From the NCBI GenBank assembly GCA_028023455.1, contig JAQFVV010000008.1, positions 10,416,001 to 10,480,000 of the forward strand: 64,000 nucleotides of DNA, in the 5' to 3' direction. The notes beneath the pieces are model-generated. The model had not been told where the DNA came from. It worked only from the letters and a program-made list of their open reading frames with translations, and ran no database searches. Positions 25,093-37,889 of the stretch are shown piece by piece. The position numbers and the translations under genes were made by a program. This DNA comes from Epiperipatus broadwayi. Its lineage: Eukaryota; Animalia; Onychophora. Positions within the stretch are counted from its first letter, which is position 1. Every line of letters begins with the position of its first letter.

Positions 25093-27811
25093 CAATACGA
25101 AATCCAAGTTTTATCACTACCTTTTAAAGATATTAGAGTACATTTAATATTTAGATATTTAAAAAATTTATTAAAGTTTATAATTCAGTTAAATAAAGTA
25201 TACTTATTTGGAAATTTTATTAAATAAAATGATGAATCACTTCGACATGGAAGCATTTATTACTCATATAAATATAATTATATTTTTTAAAAATATATAT
25301 TTCATAAAATTTTTCAAAAAATCATTCTATCACCACCCACCCCCACCTCTTATTATATATATTGATAGAATTAATAATAAGCCTTCTCATTTTTGTTTGT
25401 TTCAGTTTCTTTTTCGGTTCCTCATGTATTATTCATCTGTCATAATCTAGTCAGTCAATTTTCCTTCATTTACATGACCATAAAAGATCATTTTCTTGTA
25501 CTTTTGCTGACTTCGTACTGATTGTATTGTGTCAAAATTATATACTGTATTTGACTTTTAAATATAGTTTGGTCTTAAAATTAATATATATTTTTAAATT
25601 AGAGACTTTAATTTGAATTATATTACACTAATAAATCTAACCAGCAAAATAAAGTAATAATAAAAAAAGTGCAGTGCTACGAAAAAAAAGTTTCTAAGCC
25701 ATTATTTATAAACAATGTATTTATGAATTATTAAAATGATCTACTTTTTTGTTGTATATATGCAAAATCACACACACGATCTCGCAATGTGAATATTTAT
25801 AATTCAGCTTTATCAAATTTAATTTGTTGCAGCACTTTTTCTAGTGATGAAAAACAGTTAAGCTGATTTCATAAATACGTTGAAATCTGTTCATTCATGA
25901 ATAATAAGAAAATAAATCATTCATTAATTTTGCACTATATGATTAACAGCACGCAAAATTTATGTAAATAATCTCAATAAACGCATATGTGTATACATAT
26001 ATGTTTATACCTTATATATAAAAGATAGAATAGCTTTTATGTAATCCACTGTGGAAGAGAGGTATTCTCACATCTTGCTCAGAGAAGCAGTGAAAGAAAA
26101 ATATTATTTATGAAGCTAATTTAAATGCTAGTTGTTGAGCGGTCCTTCCCCCCCCCCCTTATTTTAGTCTTTAGCTTACCTAACTAAATATCTGTTTATC
26201 GACCAATAATTGAATAATTATATTAAATGCCTGAGAACTTGCTACCTAAAATACAAATCCTTGTTAAAACCTGAAAACAAATCCAAATGTTATCAGAATT
26301 CAAATTCCAGGTCATGGAACATAGCTAGCAGCTACTCTAGTTAACCAATCTATTAAAACAATAGCTGTAGACAATATTTTTTATTAAAGTGTAAACTATA
26401 AATTTCATTATTTTATACTTTTCGCAGTTTTACTTTATAAGAAATCAAATTGTAATCTTTCAGGCAAATTCTAAATTTGTTTATGAATGAATTATCCATT
26501 TATTTTTATGAGATTTTTTTTATAATTCTAAGAAATAAACAAAGAAAGGAAGCTTTAAATTTAGAATTATAGTTTATCATTTTATCCTTCTTTTTTATAT
26601 ATTAATTGAATAAAGAGTACAATTAACAAAATATATCCCAGTAGAAGATAAATAATAACAACTAACTCCAATTTTTTTTTACTCTAAAAAAATATGGACA
26701 ATTTCATAGAATTTGCTTTAGGCAGAAAATTATAAATACAGTGAAATCCTATGCAATGAATGTAATTGGATCCAGAAGAACATTGTATGCTTGTTTACTA
26801 GGACATTGAAATATATTTGGTCAAAAGATATCCATTCCAGATCTGCATTCTATAGCAAAATTACCACCCCCCACATAAAAACAGAATGTTGTTGTTTCAA
26901 GACCCCCCAAATTTTATTTACACCCCAATAACAAGGTTGAGTGAACAAGTTTACAAAACAACAATGAGACAATTTGAATGAGGTTACATTAATTTTAGGC
27001 ATCCAGATGCACAGTGACTACAAAATGTCAATCTGCCCACCCAGATCACAGTGCGTTCATTTGACAGGAATTGGAATTAAGTTTTTCAATTAACATAAAA
27101 AAGGAACAATATGATAATATATATGGTTACAAACAGAATAATTTAAAAATAACATAAGCACAATATTTTTTTTAAAAAAAGTAGAATAAAAATAAATGCG
27201 AGCAATTTACATTTTTCTATTGTTTAATTATATGCATTTTCTTTATAATTTTAATAATTTATATACTATACATTTTGGCCATGAATATGAGGGGAAAACC
27301 TCAAAAGTACTAGGCCTAGATTAATTGAATTGAATTATTTTGTTACTACTGACAGCTTCTTCTTTCAGCATGTTAAAGCGCTTATATATAGTATTAATAC
27401 AATATAGTAATTTTAGTGCAAATATTTAGAGATTATTTGCATTAAATTGATATTGTATTGTAGATTTCACCTTTAAAGCATTCCCTACCTTGCATGAGTA
27501 TGTAATGAAAATTACAATATTATTCATTATTGGAGAATCTCTAGTCTAATAAATTATTAATAAATATTATTATTCATTAGATAATTTGTGTCAAAGTTGT
27601 GAGGGTAGCAAAATTGACACTTCTCAATTAAACTGTAATAATTTACTTTATATATATATATGAAAAACAAAAACAAGTTATTCACGTAACTTGCTATCAC
27701 TTGTTATTTATGTTCAACAGATGGCGTTTTACCAAAACCACCGAACAAGTGTAAAATTTGTTTACATAAACGAAAAAAGAGTCAGAATTAACTACCTCTT
27801 TCATTTGCTCA

Positions 27812-27858
27812 CCCCCAGATCAGCTGATTTCAAGCTGGTTTGCTCTCATCAGTGAGGG
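27812..27858 (-). ncRNA. Type I hammerhead ribozyme (family A, inverted arm)
   Basis: Exact reverse complement of the motif at 28142-28188. Confidence 0.88.
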
Positions 27859-28141
27859 ATAGAGTATAGAAACTAGATAAATAAGTGATAGCAAGTTACG
27901 TGAATAACTTGGTTTTTGTTTTTCATAAATGTACCTTTAAAGTTTTCTTGCAATGATATATATTGCAGAGACTTTGATTATGTGGTGATACTGAACTGAG
28001 ATCAGACCCATATAAATATCTGGCTTGCTAGGCTGAGTTTGAAGACTTTACCGGTCTGAAATATTCACGCTTGCAAACTGATAGAAACGTTTTGCATAAA
28101 CACTTGAGAGTCATTGTTTAGATCTAGTTTCTATACTCTAT

Positions 28142-28188
28142 CCCTCACTGATGAGAGCAAACCAGCTTGAAATCAGCTGATCTGGGGG
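28142..28188 (+). ncRNA. Type I hammerhead ribozyme (family A)
   Basis: CCCUCA CUGAUGA GAGC aaacca GCUU GAAA UCAGCUGA UC^ UGGGGG: 6-bp stem I, 4-bp stem II, complete core, palindromic AUCAGCUGAU stem III, predicted AUC cleavage after 28182. Confidence 0.9.
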
Positions 28189-28555
28189 TGAGCAAATGAA
28201 AGAGGTAGTTAATTCTGACTCTTTTTTCGTTTATGTAAACAAATTTTACACTTGTTCGGTGGTTTTGGTAAAACGCCATCTGTTGAACATAAATAACAAG
28301 TGATAGCAAGTTACGTGAATAACTTGTTTTTGTTTTTCATAAATGTACCTTTAAAGTTTTCTTGCAATGATATATATTGCAGAGACTTTGATTATGTGGT
28401 GATACTGAACTGAGATCAGACCCATATAAATATCTGGCTTGCTAGGCTGAGTTTGAAGACTTTACCGGTCTGAAATATTCACGCTTGCAAACTGATAGAA
28501 ACGTTTTGCATAAACACTTGAGAGTCAGTGTTTAGATCTAGTTTCTATACTCTAT

Positions 28556-28602
28556 CCCTCACTGATGAGAGCAAACCAGCTTGAAATCAGCTGATCTGGG
28601 GG
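28556..28602 (+). ncRNA. Type I hammerhead ribozyme (family A)
   Basis: Identical to 28142-28188, 414 bp downstream. Confidence 0.9.
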
Positions 28603-28969
28603 TGAGCAAATGAAAGAGGTAGTTAATTCTGACTCTTTTTTCGTTTATGTAAACAAATTTTTCACTTGTTCGGTGGTTTTGGTAAAACGCCATCTGTTGA
28701 ACATAAATAACAAGTGATAGCAAGTTACGTGAATAACTTGTTTTTGTTTTTCATAAATGTACCTTTAAAGTTTTCTTGCAATGATATATATTGCAGAGAC
28801 TTTGATTATGTGGTGATACTGAACTGAGATCAGACCCATATAAATATCTGGCTTGCTAGGCTGAGTTTGAAGACTTTACCGGTCTGAAATATTCATGCTT
28901 GCAAACTGATAGAAACGTTTTGCATAAACACTTGAGAGTCAGTGTTTAGATCTAGTTTCTATACTCTAT

Positions 28970-29016
28970 CCCTCACTGATGAGAGCAAACCAGCTTGAAA
29001 TCAGCTGATCTGGGGG
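28970..29016 (+). ncRNA. Type I hammerhead ribozyme (family A)
   Basis: Identical to 28142-28188, 828 bp downstream. Confidence 0.9.
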
Positions 29017-30429
29017 TGAGCAAATGAAAGAGGTAGTTAATTCTGACTCTTTTTTCGTTTATGTAAACAAATTTTACACTTGTTCGGTGGTTTTGGTAAA
29101 ATGCCATCTGTTGAACATATATATATATATATTGAACAATGATAAAGATATGTGTAAGAGATTATGGTCTGAGTCAACTGGTAGCTATTGGAGTGAAATG
29201 TGCATTTTGGGAATCATTTACATTTTTCATATATCTTGGGTCGTATGTTTATGATTATATCCTTGCATCAGGTATTAAATAAAACCATTCCCTACTTTGC
29301 ATGAGAGTGGTGTAGTGAAAATTATACTACAGAAATATTATTTAATGTAGTACAATATCCCAAATATGAAAAATAATTGTGTGATGTTTGATAAGACAAT
29401 TATATATTGGTATCTAAAAATCAGAGGTTTTGAAAAATAAATCTAATAATTTAAATTAAGTTTGATGCTCCAGTATATGTGGGAAGGCTCTGAAAAAATC
29501 TTATTCAGGCACATGCTATACCATTCAAAGACATTTGTTACACTAAGTTTCACTATTCAAATTTTCATTTGGTAAGAAAAAATATATATTGTATAATTTG
29601 TACATTATGTGGGTCCAATTGCATATTAAATTTTTTACAAACGTCAGAGTTAGAAAACAATTTACCAATTTGTTGAAAAGATCTCTCTTCAATTTTAAAG
29701 TGAATCTGGTTTTAACTTATTTATTCATAAAAAATACTTATATATATATAATCTATTAACTTATTCATTTAGCACTCTATACAAATTTATAAAATCTTAC
29801 AATCTTATATACAGCAACATTTGATAAAAAATCAATTAACCTAAAAATTGAGCTTTGCGACTTTATTTAAATAGAAACCAAGTTGCTACGTTTGGTGTGA
29901 TCTCAACTGATAAATTCCAAACAGCTGATGACATCAGATTTGATTGACAGATGTTTCCTACAAGAAGTCAGTTGATTTTTCTTCACACATTGCTATATGT
30001 AAAACTGAATTTTATAAATTTAAATAACAATATATTATATATTTATGTGGGCATTAACTAATTAATAGATATACACACATACACAATGTAAAATTTAAAT
30101 AATAAAAATGTATTCTCTTTTTTGGTTTTTACTTTTTTTAAAGTGTATTCTTATCTTAACATTTCTAGATTATAAATTGATTTTTTTTAAATTATTAAAA
30201 TATTAAAACATTGGACATAAACTTTTGGACAGAATTTCACTTCTATTCTGCCTCACATTTTTGTAAGTTCAAAATATATTATTCATCCATTTCATGCAGT
30301 AGCAGCTTCCTGGTGGATGTGTGATAGACAGTAATCTCTGGGCCCATTCTGAAAATAGTTTGTATGTACATGAGAAATCACATTCTCTACTTATGATGTT
30401 AGAAGCAGAATTTAGTGTGGTCCAATCCA

Positions 30430-31260
30430 AATTTCTGATTTTTTTCTATGCAGATTTTTACAACAAAAGATTAAAAACAATTCTAAAAAAGTTAAGCTTA
30501 AGTTTGATAGGACAGAAAGAATAATATTGGAACAGAACTATGGCCTTCTTTTTTACATTGTTCCTGTAATCTAAATGTTAGAAATCCAGTAGACTTTGAT
30601 GAACTTAAACTTGATTAACTGTCTTGAATTTAGAAAGACTCCAAGAGTAGGTGATTCATTTCAAGAATTAAAAAAAATCTAAAATCAAAATATGACTGAC
30701 AAAAATAATGACCAATATTATCTATATAGAAACAATTCCAAAACTTTGGCATTAAAGCAAAATTGTGGTAGAATTAAAAACCTATTAAATCTAATAATGA
30801 TTTTAAAATGCTTTTCAATGTCAATTTTTCCAAGAATAAAATTATTTAATGCATATAAATGAGGGTCATCTATTTTTAAAAGTTCATGATGAAAAGATTC
30901 ATCATGATGAAATGATTCAAGAAATTCTAAATAATACATATAACCACATTTTTTTTTTTAGAATAGGCATTCTAAGGAATCAATTTTTTCATCTATATTG
31001 TTTAATATGGGGATTTTTCCACCAAAAACTAAATACAGAAAATTCATCTATTCTGTTTGATGTTGCCATGGCTTCACAATTCTTTCTAATTGTCAGGGAA
31101 TCATTTTTTAAATTAAATGTAATCTATTGCAACAGATTGAAATAAAACCATAATCTATACTTCTTAGAAGTAGTAAATTTAAACACAACTTAACTTTTTG
31201 TTTCATCCACCATGAATTACTATATCTAAAATTAATTCCAAAACCAATATCATTTTGAAG
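30430..31260 (+). mobile_element. Highly decayed LINE RT remnant (CR1/Jockey-like)
   Basis: Fragments LEFRKTPRVGDSF, ETIPKLWH*SKIV and SILFDVAMASQF resemble K.PG.D, P..WK.A.V and D..KAFD motifs. Confidence 0.5.
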
Positions 31261-32562
31261 ACTGACTCCTACTACAAGGGGTGATACAAATATTCTATGA
31301 TAGCCTTTTTATCACTAACATTTTCTCCTGTTTAATATTATTTTCATGATCAGAGAAAAAGACTTCATACTAAATTTCAATTTACATAAATATGACTATG
31401 AGAAATATTACTGCTCATACAAATACACTTCCTTTCCATAACAGCTGTCTATTATTTTTCAGATATGTACCAGACACTAGAAAACAATTTATCTAATAAA
31501 AAATATATAAGAAGTCTATAAATATATTACACTTATTATTAACTCAATACAGGCACAGTTCCTAGCATATGCCCTTGTCTGGTTGCTTAAAAAAAAAAGA
31601 AACTTTAAATATCAGAATAATTACAGTGTAACAAGTGGAGTTTTTTAAAAAAACTAATGTTTCATTTTTCAAATCCAATATTAGAATCAGTTAGATTTGA
31701 TCTTTAAATACTGTAGCCTCATCAAAAATTCAAAACATTTATAGTCACTGTGCTTATCTGTTTCAACCAAAGGTATAATCCATGAATAATTGTTCAATTT
31801 ATAGATAACATGATAAACCATAAATCCATAAGTTTATCTCTTTTCTGGTTGTACTGCATATACATTTCTTTGTAATGACCATGAAAAACTACCTATCTTT
31901 TTTAAAAATCGCAACTGGATAAATAAATAAGTTACTATCACTTTTCCCTTCTACTTTGATGTTATTGAGAATTAGCATATTTTTCGAGTTTGTATAACAC
32001 AAGATCTTATTTTAAATATATTGACATAAATATTTTCAAGAATAAAAAATAAATGTTTTAAGATTTTTTGCTATAATTATGATTAAGGAGGTCATTTATT
32101 CAGAGAAAGGTCAATTGCAGGCCATCCATGAAAATCTTTGGGACTATTATAGTGATTATACATGGTACATAAGATTGCTTGCCAATGTTTAAGTAACATT
32201 ATACTTATTTTCTTTGAATAAGCAACATTTAATGCACATATTTATGAACCACTTGTGATATTTATATTTTATGTACCAGATAGGTTTTACTATATAACTA
32301 GATTTATTAGACATTTGGGAAATTTTAAAAAAAAATTTATAAAATTTTTTTTTTTTTTCCAGGGTGAAACAATAAAAAAAAACCAGGAAAGGGGGAACCG
32401 GACCTTGGGCTAAATTACAATTCACTGCCAATAACTGCAAATTATAGTGTATGTTGTGTGTGTGTGTGTATAATGTGAAATTCCAAGGTCTGTTTTAAAA
32501 TATTATAAAAGTTCAGTTATTTATAGAAATTCTTAAATCAATTAATATATATATATATATAT

Positions 32563-33120
32563 GCTCTGCACACAGATAATGAAGCTATTCAATGTATGTA
32601 AAATTATTAAAAGTTATCTCCAAGTGCTTTTGGGACAGTTTATATTCCCATATTCATGGCGACTTGTATTTGGTTAATAACTATAATATTAATGCAAATT
32701 TTATGCAAATTCGTATGCAGATGTTATGTGGACCATTTTCAAGACAGAGAAAAGCAGGTCTCTCTTTTATTGATTTCTGCTGGGTCACTTACAATGTAGT
32801 AAGCTTCCCTGACTTTGCGTTTGATATTGTTTACTTCAGAGCAAATGACACTGGCTGTGGTGAGTAGAAAAGTATGGCCAGTGGCTCTCTCATGCTCAAC
32901 GAAAACTAAATTGCCTTCAAGCTTTGTTTTAGTTCTGTCATAAAGGTATCTGTGTTGAGCTACTCTGGTGGCAATGTTAGTTTTAGTCTCTCCATAATAT
33001 GTTGCCATGCAATTTCTTTGGGAGCAGGTGATTTTGTACACAACTTGAGGGGTGAGTTCAGGTTTGATTTTGTCTTTGGTGTTATTGATCAGTCTAAAGT
33101 CCAATTAATTCAAATAGCTA
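32563..33120 (-). mobile_element. 5'-truncated Penelope-like element (GIY-YIG end)
   Basis: Contains the GIY-YIG ORF listed next. The 3' end runs into (TA)n at ~32547-32562. Confidence 0.8.
32739..33104 (-). pseudogene. PLE GIY-YIG endonuclease domain (open 121-codon fragment)
   Basis: VVYKITCSQRNCMATYYGETKTNIATRVAQH..EHERATGH..KRKVREAYYI shows the GIY/YIG motifs, the CCHH residues and the catalytic R and E. Confidence 0.88.
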
Positions 33121-33507
33121 GGAAAGAATTTAAATTCATTTCTTTAGTAACTTTATTAATATTATTTTAAAAAATCATAATTTTAATAATGGCAATAAGA
33201 TATTGTTAAAGTCATGTATTAAATATAATCACAGCCGTTATAATAGAAATAACACTTTTTTATATTAAATGCTTTTATTTACCATGCACGGTTTTAAACA
33301 TCCACACTTTTATTTTAAATTAAATTTAAAAATCCCAATTGGGGTTGAAGAAACTTTTTTTTCTTTTTATTACATGATAAATAAAAATTGATTTAATATA
33401 AAAAAAATTTTTATCTCTATTATTTTTAACTTCTTAGTATTGGCACAGTAAATAAAAATGTAAAACTATATTGTAGTTTAAATTGACTAGATACTTGTAG
33501 TTGATAT

Positions 33508-33776
33508 TATAACGATCCGGATTTAGCGACTTAACGTAATCTGCACTACAAGAGCGCCATCTAGGCATTTGAAGCTAGAAAAATTTATAAAGTAGGCAGA
33601 TACGTAAGTTAAAAAAAAATTTATATTGGTTGATTCCGGTCGTTAGCCCATTGTCACTAGCTCAGTGGAACAGCAGAGATTTATATTTTATATTAAATTC
33701 CCATCTAAGATATATAAAAAAAGAATAAAATAAGCCACTGCCAGTAATTATACACACAAACATTTATTTACGTACA
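33508..33776 (+). mobile_element. Candidate solo LTR
   Basis: CpG-rich block TATAACGATCC..TTACGTACA with internal TATATAAAA and AATAAA, flanked by ATAT and TATA. Confidence 0.5.
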
Positions 33777-35754
33777 TATATATATATATAAAATTTAACA
33801 TTATTATTTTAGTATGTTTACTTTAACATTTAACATTATTTTTAACTTTTATTTTTAGATTTTAATTTACATTTTAATTTTTATACTATTATAAGTTCAC
33901 ACAGATGGATTTATAAAAGTTTGTTTTATAATGTTGAGTATAGATTGGTTACATAGATTACACGGTCAAAAACATTCCAAAATAAACATAAACGATCAAA
34001 ATATAAAATCATTGGTGGAATTGCAGAGGGAAATTTATAAGAAACCCAATAGCATTCATCATAAGATGTCGCATTGGCACCAATAACTTAAAAGACATTT
34101 GAATAAATACATTTTAGATACTCACCATAAGGTATCATTATTTACCGAATGTCTATATATTTTGGTCAAATATGAAAACCAAAAACATAATTTTCCGATA
34201 ACGAATCCATGCAAGCATCTATACCCAGCTTAAATTTAATGCATTTTTATTTAGTGTCGAGTATGAATAGACTACATAGATTTGCATTTGAAAAGAAAAT
34301 ATTCTATCCTTATTTAACCTTAGGCCAAAAGTTCGCAGTCAAACCAACGTCAATTCATCTGATATATCGATGCATTCAATGTAATACGAATACGGCAGCA
34401 CAAAAGGTTAAGAGAAAAAATTGTCTCTCATCAGATAGGAATACTACATCTATCTGATAAGAAGAGCAATAAAAAAAAACTCCATAGGAAAGGACTGTGG
34501 TCATTTTGCCGACTTATGAATCGCATTCCATAGACCAAAAAGGAAGTGTGCGGTATATAAAGCGATTATGTCTGTAGCAAATCTCATACTACATCTACTA
34601 ATTACACCAATATATCCAATCCATTGACCTAATTTAACTACGAAACAAATAACCTAAGATTACCCTCCCCTAATATAACTTTACAAAACTATATAGCCAT
34701 TCATGCCCGACTTGAGTTTAACATTTATATAATTTAATTTAACAAAAAACAAAAATCATGATAAAAACTTAAAGAACAAAAAATAAATAAATAAATGGAA
34801 ATGGTTTTACAAAAGAAATACATCAAATAAAATTATAACTAATTAATAAATAATTTAGTTTGGTCAGATAGGATTCTATTTCTTAAAATTAAATACTGGG
34901 AAAGTTTATATTTTAAAGTTGTTAGTGTTTTCAAATGAATATTCATTTAAGTTCATAGCATGCTTACAGTTTTAGAAATGTTCATTCTTTACAGTTGCTT
35001 GCCATTTGGAATCCAGCATTAAATTTCCCTGATGATCCTCTGGTCCTCATATACAAGAAAAGTGATGTTTCATTTTCCTTTTTTTTATAACAACCGAAGG
35101 AATTGAAAGTGTGTCTTTCAATCCCTTCATCTCCAACTCTCCGACTTAACACATCTCAGTTTTCTCTTAAATTTTCTTCACTCACTAAAAATTTTATTAT
35201 CAAACTTTTTCTTTTATATGTAACTTTAGAATCCAATGGACATTACATCATCGATGATGAGGTCCAATTCTCCAATGGATCTCTTTCATTTGCCATTAGT
35301 TTTTATTGTTTTCCTATCTGACCGATGCTTATACATTTAAAATGCCCAAGGACTAGTTCACTTTGACTAATTAAATAATCATTTCCATTTTTCAATAACA
35401 TTAATTAATTTGTTTTCCAAACTTAAAGATATATTTTTATCTCTAAATCTTTTTAAGTTTTTGCTTTTAAAATACTTTTTCTATTTTTAATAAAGTTTTA
35501 TTTTAATAATTTTTTTTCATTTGTGCGATTTTATATATATATGAGTTTAGTATAGAATTTTAATTTTTAATTTTTAATTCTTAAAAAAAAAGTTTTATTT
35601 GCGAACTTTTATTTTTTTCATGTTTAATAATAAAAAAACAATGTAACGTACATATGTGCCCGTTACAATATATATATATATATACATATCACTAGATATT
35701 TCTGCTATAAGTTAAAATGTATACCCCTTATGTACATCTCATATTTAGCATGTA

Positions 35755-35900
35755 ATATTTGAATACAAGTATAATGTATATAGTGAATTTTAGATGTCAT
35801 TAGATGGGATTTGAATATAGATTTTCAAGCTCACTTCGACTATTCACCACATCTTAAGATGGAGTGCATAGTAGAAGGGAGCTTGAAAGTCTGTAATGTG
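35755..35900 (-). repeat. Family-C fragment with local fold-back
   Basis: Matches 15990-16090 (GTATAATGTATATAGTGAA..TTTAGATGT..). Hairpin CAAGCTC..CATCTT / AAGATG..GAGCTTG. Confidence 0.65.
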
Positions 35901-36370
35901 TGCATAATAATGTATGAGTACATAAGTGATTTAAAATATGAAATATTCTTTTAAGTTTTGCTTTTGATTGAAAATTTTTATTTAAAAAAAATGCTTACCA
36001 AAACTATATTGTAAATGAACTTTACTTAATACACAATTTTATTTTAAATCAATTTCACACATATACTATACATATATGTACCAATAGATATTTCTGCAGT
36101 AAGTTAATATATATACTCTTTATGTATATATCATATTTAGTATGTATACTATGCATGACAATTCTATGAAAAATTATACATTTGTAATTGTGCAAATAAC
36201 TTCATTTTCATTTTTGAATGAATTAAACAATAAAATATGATAGTTGGCTAGTTAGTGGTGATTTAAATTCTTTTCACTTTTATTTGCATAATTCATTTTT
36301 TAATAGCAAATCTTTATCAAATTCATATGTGTGTTTTTAAAATGTTTTTAATGTTTTCTTATACATATAT

Positions 36371-36914
36371 TGTACCGGACCATACTTCCCTGCGGAATTC
36401 TGCTTCTAATGTTGCACTGAGCATGAAGTGATCAAGATTTAACAGGGAAAAAAATGAATACCAATTTAGTTGATTGTATGTACTCATATATATTGGTACT
36501 TCCAGCTAAACTGATAGAAAGAGTGAATTGACAGGACTCTGCCAATTAAAAACCCCTTTAATGTGCGAATGTTTAGGACCTATGGTAAGTACACATCTTT
36601 GAGAAGTCTATTTACAAATAGCTTTTGCATGCCACTCCTAGAAAAGAATAAAAATGAATTTCCCCTCTCCTAGAAGGATATGTAATAGCATATGCACAGC
36701 GGAGATTTAACACCCCAGTAGAGCGATATCCTGTGTGGCTAGCTCAGCACACTCTACATCCAGAATCTTCAATGAGTAAGTTAAATGGTTATAATAGGTA
36801 CGTGATTGATAAGGAAAGAGTACATTTTATCAAATAAATAATAATATGAAAATGAAACAAAATTAATATTATGATCAAGTATTTATTTAATCCCAGATAC
36901 CCACCACCGTTTCA
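36371..36914 (+). mobile_element. Candidate solo LTR
   Basis: GC-richer block starting TGTACCGG after ATAT, with AATAAA near 36834 and a possible end ..CCGTTTCA. TSD not clean. Confidence 0.35.
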
Positions 36915-37889
36915 TACTTAAAATAATATAATAAAAATAAATAAATGAATTATTATCACAAACCCGTATATATATTTGATATTTTGAAATAGATAAAATA
37001 TAAATACAATTTTAAATAAATAAGAAAAATAATAAATCCCTAAAGCTATTTACAATGTTTCATAATGAATGGAAGTGGTCTGAGCTTTTTTTACCCTGTA
37101 GAAATAAGTTATACTTTGTGTGATTTGATATATATTTCTCATATAAAAGATTTTCGGTTATACGGGCATACACTTCTACTCAGGACTAAAACCTTTTTTA
37201 TTGATAGCAAATATAATATAAAAAAAAAAACTATGTGTACATATATTTGCATATAAAATATTTCACTAATTTCGTATTTTTCAACATGTCAATAAGGTTG
37301 CGTTAGCTCAAATACCATAGAGCACTCAACATGAGGTGCCATATCTATTTGCCTTTTACGATAGATAAATTCTTATACATGTATATACATGCAGCACAAT
37401 TATACACTCACTATTATTCTAAATATAAAGTTATTAGTGGACTTGCTTATGGGAAATTTACAATGAATAAACCCTTAGACACTCATCATAAGGTGTCGCA
37501 AAAATAACTTAAAGATATATGGATAAATACATTTCAGACACTCAACAAGAGATGTGGTATTTACCAAATATTACCAGTATATGTGCGCATATATACACAT
37601 GTATATTTACATATGACAATTTTCAACAAGAAGAAAAACAAGCAGCAACAAAAAAAAACTAATTGCAACCTTTGCTGAAATTACTAGAATTTGGGATAGA
37701 AAAATGAATTAAAAGATTTAAGTAAAAGCTATATCATTATGCCTGTAATAACCGTAAATTCAATATATATGTGAGAGACAACTCTCTCTCTTTTTTTTAA
37801 ATGATTAATAATAATAAATATATATATATATATTTCTAATTATCAGAAATATCAGAATGAATTAATTCAATAATAATAAAATATTTTTA

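Larger units (their letters stand above)
27659..29119 (+). mobile_element. Young retrozyme-like tandem array: 414-bp hammerhead-bearing units plus one inverted partial unit
   Basis: GATCTAGTTTCTATAC recurs at 28121, 28535 and 28949 (period 414) and units differ at only a few positions. 27659-27878 is the reverse complement of part of the unit. Flanked by (TA)n at 27651-27660 and 29117-29132. No ORF of note. Confidence 0.92.

Noticed and set aside
26716-27070. Tigger/pogo-like element starting TACAGTGAAATCC
   Set aside because: Only one candidate terminus and no transposase similarity.
27659-29119. CRISPR array, or rolling-circle translation of the 414-nt (138-codon) unit
   Set aside because: Eukaryotic context, whole units repeat with no spacers and no cas genes. 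The one frame I translated fully stops after 35 codons; the others were not all checked but the sequence is stop-rich.
27480-29340. ~50-bp similarity CATTCCCTAC.TTGCATGAG at 27480 and 29286 as a TSD of the array
   Set aside because: The copies are diverged and lie 130-170 bp away from the junctions; more likely an older repeat.
29930-29970. CTGATGA-CATC..GATG hairpin as a hammerhead
   Set aside because: Followed by TTTCC instead of GAAA; no stem III.
34410-34440. Minus-strand CTGATGA-GAGA-loop-TCTC as a hammerhead
   Set aside because: Good stem II, but GAAA is replaced by TTAA and there is no stem I or III; at best a relic.
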